The notes: generated by a model not told the origin, from the letters alone. 12,705 nucleotides of DNA from Oligoflexus sp. (GCA_041736305.1 JBGSTX010000039.1:1-12705); one strand, 5' to 3'. Shown: positions 1 to 7,380, numbered from the stretch's first letter. Program-made: numbers and translations.

Positions 1-1
1 C

Positions 2-445
2 GACTTTGGAGCTGGTCAGGATCAATGTAAGAGCCAGAGCGATAATCATCCCTTGCTAGAAGAAACGGCAAAGCAAATGAAAGAATACTTTGCCGGAACG
101 CGAGAGGTATTCGATCTCCCTCTGGATCTTTCGCGCGGCACCCCCTTCCAGCACAAGGTCTGGCTAAGTCTGGCGAATATTCCTTTTGGAACTTATCGGA
201 CTTACAAAGAGCAGGCGGCCCTGCTGGGGATGAGCAAGGGTTTCCGTGCGATCGGAGCCGCCAACGGCAAAAATCCTTTGCCCATCATCTTGCCCTGCCA
301 TCGCGTGATCGCTACGAAAGGGCACCTTCATGGCTACAGCGCGGGTCTGGCGATTAAAAAAATGCTCCTCGAAATCGAAGGTATTGCCTGTCAGGATTTT
401 CGTGTGCAAGTAGCGCGCGCAGAGGGTGGCAGTAGGAATCTCTGA
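2..445 (+). CDS. ogt: Methylated-DNA--protein-cysteine S-methyltransferase (O6-alkylguanine DNA alkyltransferase), 5' truncated by window edge
   Basis: Frame is open from base 2 (DFGAGQDQ...HPLLEETAKQMKEYFAG). Contains EYFAG..FDLPLD, GTPFQHKVW, IPFGTYRTY, RAIGAANGKNP and the active-site PCHRV motif, then GYSAGLAIKKMLLEIE. The TTG at 53 is probably not the true start. Confidence 0.96.
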   Translation, partial: DFGAGQDQCKSQSDNHPLLEETAKQMKEYFAGTREVFDLPLDLSRGTPFQHKVWLSLANIPFGTYRTYKEQAALLGMSKGFRAIGAANGKNPLPIILPCHRVIATKGHLHGYSAGLAIKKMLLEIEGIACQDFRVQVARAEGGSRNL

Positions 446-539
446 GAAAAAAATGAACATTGTGATCATAGTTTAATGGAAATTCTAGAAGCTAAAATTC
501 GATCTCGCCTACGGCGTCAGCAGCCCGTCAAAACTTCGT

Positions 540-690
540 CGTTGCCTTTCACTTAGCCTTTGCCGTGCGCGTGATCTTGATCCTGTTCGATCAACTTTGC
601 CTGTACAGCCCTTGCTTCGTAAAGCTTCACCAAAGCAAAGGGCTCATGGCAAGGGGTTCGGCGAAGATCAGGATCAAGCCTAAGGCAACG
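540..690. repeat. ~150-nt imperfect rod-like inverted repeat, candidate structured ncRNA
   Basis: Nested pairings: CGTTGCCTT 540-548/AAGGCAACG 682-690; CTTGATCCTG 576-585/CAGGATCAAG 669-678; TTCG 586-589/CGAA 662-665; TTTGCC 596-601/GGCAAG 648-653; AGCCCTTGCTT 607-617/AAGCAAAGGGCT 633-644. There is also a side hairpin, TCAC 549-552/GTGA 571-574. Confidence 0.6.
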
Positions 691-832
691 TCTACGCCCA
701 CGTCAAAGTCAATATTCCTTCATATCGTGACAGCAGTGCCAGCATGCTTAAGTCTAATATTTTCAATTAGATAAAGTGCAATAAAAAAATTTCTTTCGGC
801 TCGCCGAGGATGCCGGTGTGCAAAGAATTGAA

Positions 833-936
833 GCATCTTTGTTTGGACCAGCAGCCAGTGGGTTCGCATCTTTCTTAATCTTAGTTGCTGCTTGTTTTTC
901 AGGGTATTCATAAAAAATGCATCTTTCTTTAATCTT
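833..936. promoter_or_regulatory. Direct repeats GCATCTTT, possible regulator binding sites
   Basis: GCATCTTTGTTT 833-844, GCATCTTTCTTAATCTT 866-882 and GCATCTTTCTTTAATCTT 919-936 lie in AT-rich DNA upstream of the lipoprotein operon. Confidence 0.3.
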
Positions 937-1149
937 TAAAATCGCGCGTGTGCTTTCCATTTGTTTAGGCTATAGCCTGAACTCGTTCCAGGACGCGGAT
1001 TACACAACTTCGATATCTCGTCCTAGCAAGTTCAAAAAAGAGCTTGCGAGCCAAAGTCTTAAGGCCAGGCTCTCTCAAAGCCGGCGTTGGTTGACTGAGT
1101 CGGGAACCAGGCTTTCGCACACGTGACCTTTACGAGGAGTTTTTCTTTC

Positions 1150-3432
1150 ATGAATTCAGTCCTGCGTTTCTTCACAGCGTTCACGGTAATGAGTCTTGTG
1201 GCTGCTTCTTGCGGTGATAAAGACAAGAAAGACAACCAACGGAGCGAGCCTGGCTGCGAAAATGGGCTTGCGAGCGGCACTAATCGAGACCAGACTCTCT
1301 TCACCAGCGATTTCGCACCCTACGGTAAAACCTGCCAACAAATTGCGTTCCAAGGCAAAGCCGTTTGCGAAAATGGTCAAATAGGTTTTACATCGTCTGG
1401 TAGACCAAGTTGCGAAGAGACCATCCTCAAAAAAATCACCGTCAAAGGCAGTCGCTCACAGATTGAAATCGGTGAGACTCTGGCTCTCGAGCTGACGGGT
1501 ACCGATCAGCGCGGCGGAACTTTCCCTATCGACGTCCAAACTGTCATTTGGGAGACTAACGATAATTCAATTAGCGTTACAAATTCAGGTTTGATCACGG
1601 GAAGCAAAATTGTTCCCGACGCCGCTGTTTACGCGACAGTTATGGTTGAAGGAAAAGAAGTCTTTGGCACTTTCCGAGTCGGTGTTACTGGTCGCAACTG
1701 CGAGGGTACGGCTCATAATTTGAATAAAGAATTCACCCGCTTCAAAGCAGCCAAGGTTCCCTTCAATGCGACATGCCAAGAAGTCACTACGGAGGCGCTG
1801 TGTAATAACGGTACATTTGAATTTGAAGAAGGTGTCGCCGAGACCTGTAGCGTAGCTCAGCTGAGCAGCTTGGTTGCTGATCCTAGTTCACTCTTCCTAT
1901 CTGAAGGTGAAACGGCCGCCGTTTTCCTTAGCTTGGTGGACGAAATTGGTACTCGCATACCGCTGGACGCCAGCGCCGCTGAGTGGACCTTGCCGACCGA
2001 TCAACTTAGCCATAGCAATGGCCAAATTACAGCTCTGGTAAACCTGACATCTGAGCTTAAGGTACAGGTCAAAGCCAAAGATCAAGCTTTCAGCACTGAA
2101 ATCACGGTTGCTTCCCGCGCCGACCAACCAGAGAGCCTTCGTTTCGAACAAGGCGATCAGGTTCTCAAAGAAGGCGACGAAGTTGAACTCAAGGCACTAT
2201 CTGTCATTCGTGGTCAAACCGAAGCTGTCGACCCCAAGCGTCTGACTTGGGAGTCTAGTGCACCTACCAACGTTTCTGTAAGCGAAGGGCGCGTTAAAGC
2301 CCTCAAGGCCGGCACTCTTGCTTCCATCACAGCTAAGCTTGATCAGACGGTCATCAGTCTCAATGTAACAGTTGAAGAAAAGTTAAGCCTTGATGCTAAA
2401 CTGATCGATGGTCGGGAACTGACAGCTGACAAGCTAAGCCTCTTGCCTGCGGTACTGGCTACCGTTACTGGTCCACTCCAGAGCGCAGAGCCAGAACTGA
2501 AGAACGGCACAGAAGGTTGTGAGTTCTCGATTCACAAAAACCGTAAGGTTTGGGAACTCGATGTAAAAATCGACGAAAATCGCGGGGAGCTCCCTGGCGC
2601 TTGTGAAGTCGAAATCGCTCTTAAATCGGCCGCAGGCCAAACCGCCCAACAAAAAGTTACAGTTCCTGTCGACTACCGTCGCTTCAGCTTCAAGGAAATT
2701 CGTGCTGAAGGTACCGAAGGTCGCCTCGAAATCGGTCGCTTTAACTACAAGCTCTCGAAGAACTTGAGCGTAGTTGAAACCACTGTTCAGAAGTTCAGCA
2801 ATAAGGAAGAAATAAGTCCTGCCGATTGCGAGTTGTCGACCGAAGAGAAAGACGGGACTTACACTGTCTTCGCTACCCGTGCTGCGGGTTCAAGCGGCAT
2901 TTGCAGTGGCTATCTCGCTTTCGAGTTTAAAAAAGAAGGTGTAGAGGAGAATCGCTACCACTACCAACTCTTGGTTCAGTCGCCTGATAAAACCTTCTTG
3001 GAACACTGCCAGTCACCACGCGACGAAGCTGTGAGAGCTACCGTGAACGCTGTGCGTAAGATTCTTGCTCCGTCGGCCAGCTGTGAGAAGCTCGTAGAAG
3101 TCCTCGATGAAAAGAACCTTTATAGCGCCGCCAACAATGACGATACACTCAGCCTTTCCATGGCTAATCAGAAATTGACTGATCTCTCTCCACTGTCGCG
3201 CTTCGTCGGTCTCAAAGAGTTGGACCTCGCTGCCAATCTTGATCTGAGCGATATCTCGGCCCTTGCGGAAGTGAAATTGTTGAAACTTCTCAACCTCAAA
3301 GGGACAGCCGTAAGTGATTTTAGCGCCATCTACAAGCACAAGCGTATGAATGATCTAAGGATCCCTTCCCAGGTTCGCATTGCTTGTAGCGATGCTGTCG
3401 TCAACCCAGAACTTAAAAAAGTTTGTCAGTAA
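1150..3432 (+). CDS. Surface lipoprotein with Cys-rich repeats, Ig-like (Big_2-type) domains and C-terminal internalin-like leucine-rich repeats (760 aa)
   Basis: SD GAGGAG at 1134-1139 precedes ATG 1150. Signal peptide with lipobox: MNSVLRFFTAFTVMSLVAAS-C. Two 4-Cys modules (1255-1413, 1699-1848). Three Big_2-like units (GETLAL..W.TND..G.ITG; GETAAV..W..NGQITAL; GDEVEL..WESSAP.NVSVSEGRVKALKAG). Two further Cys-paired beta modules. Cap TFLEHC..TV..C followed by LRRs (LTDLSPLSRFVGLKELDLAAN, LSDISALAEVKLLKLLNLKGT, VSDFSAI). Confidence 0.88.
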   Translation: MNSVLRFFTAFTVMSLVAASCGDKDKKDNQRSEPGCENGLASGTNRDQTLFTSDFAPYGKTCQQIAFQGKAVCENGQIGFTSSGRPSCEETILKKITVKGSRSQIEIGETLALELTGTDQRGGTFPIDVQTVIWETNDNSISVTNSGLITGSKIVPDAAVYATVMVEGKEVFGTFRVGVTGRNCEGTAHNLNKEFTRFKAAKVPFNATCQEVTTEALCNNGTFEFEEGVAETCSVAQLSSLVADPSSLFLSEGETAAVFLSLVDEIGTRIPLDASAAEWTLPTDQLSHSNGQITALVNLTSELKVQVKAKDQAFSTEITVASRADQPESLRFEQGDQVLKEGDEVELKALSVIRGQTEAVDPKRLTWESSAPTNVSVSEGRVKALKAGTLASITAKLDQTVISLNVTVEEKLSLDAKLIDGRELTADKLSLLPAVLATVTGPLQSAEPELKNGTEGCEFSIHKNRKVWELDVKIDENRGELPGACEVEIALKSAAGQTAQQKVTVPVDYRRFSFKEIRAEGTEGRLEIGRFNYKLSKNLSVVETTVQKFSNKEEISPADCELSTEEKDGTYTVFATRAAGSSGICSGYLAFEFKKEGVEENRYHYQLLVQSPDKTFLEHCQSPRDEAVRATVNAVRKILAPSASCEKLVEVLDEKNLYSAANNDDTLSLSMANQKLTDLSPLSRFVGLKELDLAANLDLSDISALAEVKLLKLLNLKGTAVSDFSAIYKHKRMNDLRIPSQVRIACSDAVVNPELKKVCQ

Positions 3433-3446
3433 GAAAGGTCTATTCT

Positions 3447-5051
3447 ATGCGCGCGATATTATCTCTTAGTGTTTTGGCCACTCTCACCGCCTGCAATCCG
3501 CCCAAGGATAGCAAGGTCAACGAACAGTGGAACGAACGGAACAATCCGGTTCTGATGATGGCCTACGACAATGAATTCGTTACTCAGTTCGACGCCCTGC
3601 CATTGAGCGGACGTCCAGAAAAAATGCCTTGGAGCGATCACTATTGGCCAACTTATCATGGTGGACTGACCTACCGCTGGAATTCGGCAAAGACCAAGCT
3701 GCTCGATCAGAAAGTACAGGCATCCAGCGATCGCGTTTTTGCCGGACAGCTGGATAATAATCCAGAGCTGCAAAAACTCCGCAGCGAAGTTATGGGCTAT
3801 ACGCCTTACACCAAAGAGCAGCTTGCGGCTCTTTCCGAGCGGGAGAGAACGCGCCTTATCGATACTCTCTCACCTGCGGAAAAATACGATATATACCGCG
3901 GCGACTTTAAGTACTCGACGGTCAACGAAGAACGCAAGCGGACTAATATTTTTTCGACTCTTCGCGACAAGCCTGAGTACAAAGCTGATGCTAAAATACC
4001 AACCTGGTTCGGGATCTGTCACTCCTGGGCACCGGCCACGATTCTGTTCAACGAGCCAGGGCCGGTTAACTTGAAAAGCAAAGACGGCTTTCAAGTTCCG
4101 ATGGCTGCCTCCGATGTCAAAGCTTTGCTCTCCCATATGCTCGACAAGGATCCATCCCAGGCCCGCGTCGATCGTTTCCTTGCGGAGCGCTGCAACAACG
4201 ACATCAGCGAAGCGACTATTGACACTCTCATGGAACTCTTCGTACCGCTCCAGATAGGTAATAAAGAGTTGATCTCGAAGCAAGTGAACCTGCTCTTCGA
4301 CAGTGAGAAGCTTGATACCCAAACGATGCTAGTGGCCGCTTCTTTTATGTATGCCTTTTATTCTGATCAGGCTACTGCAGCCGCCGAGTATCAGAAGCTT
4401 TTCGAAAACCTACGCCGCAACACTGGCAGAAACTCTGCTCTTTCTCTGGCTTATCTCGAATCTCAAAAGAATTTCGCTGATGCGGGCACCCCTGTAGGTA
4501 CCAATCTTGAAACCATTCGCAGCAATATCGTCAAAGCAGTTGAGAAGCCAGCCTGCAACGACACCAACGCTGGTGCCTTCCACTTAGTCATCGCTAACGT
4601 GATGGGCATTCAAAAGCAAAGCTTTGGTATCGATGCGACCCGTGACTACGAAGTTTGGAACCAGGCAGCTGCCAGCTACGAGTCATCCGTTGTCAAAGAA
4701 TTCAAGGGTGATGAAATTTCGAGCGATGCAGCACCAGGTACCGTGAGAGAACTCCAGATTCGCACGCGCTTTCGCTACACCACCGAGGAGAATCCAGCTC
4801 GCGACCCCTTTGGCGACGATGTTTCGCTGCAGCGGTACCACGTACAGTTGGGCGACAACTATATCGGCTCTGACGGCCGTCGCTTCAAGGCTCTCGATTA
4901 CAAAATCGAACTCGATCGCGCCGGTAACATTATCGGTGGAACATGGCTCAGTAAGGTACGTCCTGACTTCCTCTGGGGCACTGGAAATGCGTTCTTCAGC
5001 AAAGAGTTCGGTGAGATCGAAGACATCTACTATCAATCCCTCCAACGCTAA
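3447..5051 (+). CDS. Transglutaminase elicitor (GP42/TGase_elicitor family) lipoprotein (534 aa)
   Basis: ATG 3447 follows GAAAGG and lies 14 bp after the upstream stop. Lipobox MRAILSLSVLATLTA-C. Family motifs: PWSDHYWP, LSPAEKYD, PTWFGICHSWAPA (putative catalytic Cys at 4017-4019), DVKALLS, DTNAGAFH, EVWNQ (Pep-13 region), YKIELDRAGNIIGGTW, RPDFLW. Confidence 0.9.
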   Translation: MRAILSLSVLATLTACNPPKDSKVNEQWNERNNPVLMMAYDNEFVTQFDALPLSGRPEKMPWSDHYWPTYHGGLTYRWNSAKTKLLDQKVQASSDRVFAGQLDNNPELQKLRSEVMGYTPYTKEQLAALSERERTRLIDTLSPAEKYDIYRGDFKYSTVNEERKRTNIFSTLRDKPEYKADAKIPTWFGICHSWAPATILFNEPGPVNLKSKDGFQVPMAASDVKALLSHMLDKDPSQARVDRFLAERCNNDISEATIDTLMELFVPLQIGNKELISKQVNLLFDSEKLDTQTMLVAASFMYAFYSDQATAAAEYQKLFENLRRNTGRNSALSLAYLESQKNFADAGTPVGTNLETIRSNIVKAVEKPACNDTNAGAFHLVIANVMGIQKQSFGIDATRDYEVWNQAAASYESSVVKEFKGDEISSDAAPGTVRELQIRTRFRYTTEENPARDPFGDDVSLQRYHVQLGDNYIGSDGRRFKALDYKIELDRAGNIIGGTWLSKVRPDFLWGTGNAFFSKEFGEIEDIYYQSLQR

Positions 5052-5072
5052 TCTGCCTTAACAAAAGCATCT

Positions 5073-5100
5073 TGTGTGGCCTTCGGGCCGCACATCCTTT
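5073..5100 (+). terminator. Probable intrinsic terminator or 3' stabilising hairpin of the Ig/LRR-transglutaminase operon
   Basis: TGTGTGGCC-TTCG-GGCCGCACA forms a 9-bp stem with a C(UUCG)G loop, 21 bp after the stop. The downstream U-tract is weak (TCCTTT). Confidence 0.65.
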
Positions 5101-5485
5101 GGGCTTACAGTCCTCATTCGAAGACAGAATGTTTCCCGCGCTCTTCCCATCTCTTTTCAAATCTCTAATGCTAACGATAACAAGACTTTCATCCTCATCG
5201 CTGAGTTCATTGGACCGCTTTTTTCTAGATGAATGGGTGCCGTCCTCAAAGTTCTCTTCCATTCTGTCTCTCGATCGAGACTGTAAAATTTCTCCCGTCA
5301 CCAGCTTCATCTATTCCATAAAATAAAAACTTCTAAGCAATTTGAGCCTCTTTCGAGCAGCTTTGTCTTAGTCAGTAGCAACGGATTGATGAGTGATTGA
5401 AAAAATCGTTGGGAAGGTGAAGCGTTAAACTAGCTAGAATCTGCGGTAAAAAGCGATAAATATTGTACAATTCAAACTCGCACGT

Positions 5486-5596
5486 TTTCTGTATGCATCC
5501 CGAGACAGTTGACGCAAAGCAGAAAATGCCTAGTATTGTTCTGTATGGGCTTTGTGTTTAGCGAGCATTTCGAGCGTCAGCTACGGGAGACAGAAA
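5486..5596 (+). ncRNA. Candidate structured RNA (~110-nt rod with an alternative pairing)
   Basis: TTTCTGT 5486-5492/ACAGAAA 5590-5596; TCCCG 5498-5502/CGGGA 5584-5588; AGTTGACGC 5507-5515/GCGTCAGCT 5574-5582; AAATGC 5524-5529/GCATTT 5565-5570. G-U pairs favour the + strand. A -10-like TACAAT lies at 5466-5471. Confidence 0.35.
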
Positions 5597-5952
5597 TAAA
5601 TTTGATCGTCCTGCTGCATCCTTCGAGTTTCAGCGTCTGGTCTATGAAATTTATTTATTAAATTAGCGACCTAGGAAAGCAATTCTACTCCCCAAGCCCT
5701 CCTGCAACGGATGGAAAGGTTCTTGCTAAGAGCCATCGCCGTTAGATGAGTCAAAGGATTTGTACTTTTTACGAAAATCTAAATTCCTGCCCACCGGAAA
5801 GGGCGTGGAGCCGAAGTTTTCAAAAAAAAAGTACTAGCCCTAAATTTCGGGTTCAGAGTTTTCACGCGTTTCGTTGAAGCCTATCGAGCTTTAACGACAT
5901 GAGGAAGCTTTGACTCCGACATGGATGCAACTGATCTTATCTGGAGAGATCA

Positions 5953-7008
5953 ATGAGATTAAGCGCTTTTTTTTCCTGCTTCTCGCTAGTAGCACTCCTA
6001 GCTTGCGGAAGCCCTGAGGACGAGATGTCTGAGACCTCATGGGCCCACTCAACTGTCGATCGCTCAAGTGGCACCATCCCCGCCCTCATTGCTTACCGGG
6101 AACTTGGCTTTCGCACTGACTACCAGAAAATTCGAGTCTGTCTCCAGGAAAGTCCTTCTTACAAGGGACGCAATCTCCTCTTAGAATCAAAGTTGGCTTA
6201 CGCGGCCTGGATCGATGCTACCGGACGAGGATCGAGTACTCAATGGGGCCTTTTCGATTTCCAAATCGAAAATCACTGTGACATGTTTGACGAGAACTAT
6301 GCAGCAGCTGTCGTCATTGCCAGTCAGACTAAGCACGATCCGAGCCAGTCTGATGATTTCACCGTCATCAACTGCACCCAGCGCAACTGCTATCCCAATG
6401 CCTACACGACTGGTTGGGGCGGCCCTGCTGCGATGAGCTACACCTACGGTGATAAGACCGGTAAAACCTGGTCCAACATCAGCACCTACCAACCGTCCGT
6501 CGCCCGTCTCTCCCCCTATCTCGCTTGGCAATCGCTCGAAACAGAATTCAGATTGGTCGCTAATAGCACCCAAAGCGGTAACACACAGGCTTCAGCATTG
6601 CTCTCGCAATACCTAGCTCTGAAATCGAAGGCCGAGACAGTTTCTTATGCAGAGCTTGTAGCTTTTAATAAGAAACTGGCTAGCCTGAAAGTAGATTCCA
6701 AAGCAAGATATGGCATAGTCAACAGCGGTAGTTCCTATCAGCTGCAAACACCCGCATTCCATACTCTCTTGCATGAAGTAGGCCACCAATTCGGAATGAT
6801 GCACGCCCACGTCAAATCGGGATATACAGATAATGGCTCTGCTAAGGGTGCCAGGGGTCAGATCAAGGATGGTTTCTGGACCACCAACGATGCGACCATG
6901 GCCTATGATAATTCCTATTTCTACCTCACGGCTGATGACCGATCCGGAATGCAAGACCTCAGCGCTAAACTCTACCCCTATCTAAGTGCCCGTCGCGTGC
7001 GCAAATAG
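5953..7008 (+). CDS. Metzincin zinc metalloprotease lipoprotein (matrixin/M10-M12-like; 351 aa)
   Basis: SD GGAGAG at 5943-5948. Lipobox MRLSAFFSCFSLVALLA-C. HExxHxxGxxH motif = HEVGHQFGMMH (6772-6804). Met-turn DATMAY and C-terminal LTADD helix. Confidence 0.9.
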   Translation: MRLSAFFSCFSLVALLACGSPEDEMSETSWAHSTVDRSSGTIPALIAYRELGFRTDYQKIRVCLQESPSYKGRNLLLESKLAYAAWIDATGRGSSTQWGLFDFQIENHCDMFDENYAAAVVIASQTKHDPSQSDDFTVINCTQRNCYPNAYTTGWGGPAAMSYTYGDKTGKTWSNISTYQPSVARLSPYLAWQSLETEFRLVANSTQSGNTQASALLSQYLALKSKAETVSYAELVAFNKKLASLKVDSKARYGIVNSGSSYQLQTPAFHTLLHEVGHQFGMMHAHVKSGYTDNGSAKGARGQIKDGFWTTNDATMAYDNSYFYLTADDRSGMQDLSAKLYPYLSARRVRK

Positions 7009-7038
7009 AGACGTAGACTCTAAGTTCGACAGAAATTC

Positions 7039-7320
7039 TCAACACAGCCCGCCTTCGCTAAGAAGGCGGGTTTTTCTATTGGGATCCAGGACCCGATAAA
7101 GGACGTAAGAGGAGTCTGCGGGAATACCCTCTCCAAAGAGCCGGCGATAGATCTGGGGCGCGTGTTCGCTTGGGATAGGAATTCCTGGCCTCGGGCCTTC
7201 TTGAACGCAGGAAAAGAGGCTTTTGAGCCACTCAGCATCAGCCGTACTGAGTCCAACCACCGCCACTCTTCGCCGCCGCAGCGGACTCACTGCCAGCACA
7301 TAATAAAATATCTTCTGCAC
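7039..7320 (-). CDS. Possible small hypothetical protein (93 aa, MQKIFYYVLAVSPLRRRRVAVVGLS...)
   Basis: GTG at 7320 is preceded by GGGAG at 8-nt spacing. The ORF fills the gap between the pstS terminator and the convergent protease terminator, but its 3' end overlaps that terminator hairpin. No recognisable motif. Confidence 0.3.
   Translation of the reverse strand: MQKIFYYVLAVSPLRRRRVAVVGLSTADAEWLKSLFSCVQEGPRPGIPIPSEHAPQIYRRLFGEGIPADSSYVLYRVLDPNRKTRLLSEGGLC
7047..7076 (+). terminator. Rho-independent terminator of the metalloprotease gene
   Basis: GCCCGCCTTC-GCTAA-GAAGGCGGGT followed by TTTTC, 38 bp after the stop. Confidence 0.88.
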
Positions 7321-7380
7321 CGCTCTGACTCCCGCGTCAATAATTCGTCCCAAAGAATGAGCCGCTGAGGAGAAAATTGC

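Noticed and set aside
540-690. Retron system
   Set aside because: No reverse transcriptase (YADD) ORF in the window, and the putative msr part is only ~27 nt.
833-936. CRISPR array
   Set aside because: The repeats are short (8-18 bp), irregularly spaced and degenerate, and no cas genes are present.
565-1126. Short ORFs in the ogt-lipoprotein intergenic region (565-774, 720-911, 763-960, 917-1126)
   Set aside because: They overlap in several frames, have atypical composition, and show no recognisable motifs.
5269-5280. 12-bp palindrome TCTCGATCGAGA
   Set aside because: It is isolated with no promoter context, and a few such palindromes are expected by chance in 12.7 kb.
4996-5310. 104-aa - strand ORF (MKLVTGEILQ...)
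   Set aside because: It runs through the operon hairpin and overlaps the TGase 3' end. It has no good SD, an in-frame TAG directly upstream, and no motif. At best a gene remnant.
5494-5560. Canonical c-di-GMP-I riboswitch
   Set aside because: GACGCAAAGC is present, but the GGCAAAC element and a properly closed GNRA hairpin are missing. Kept only as a low-confidence finding.
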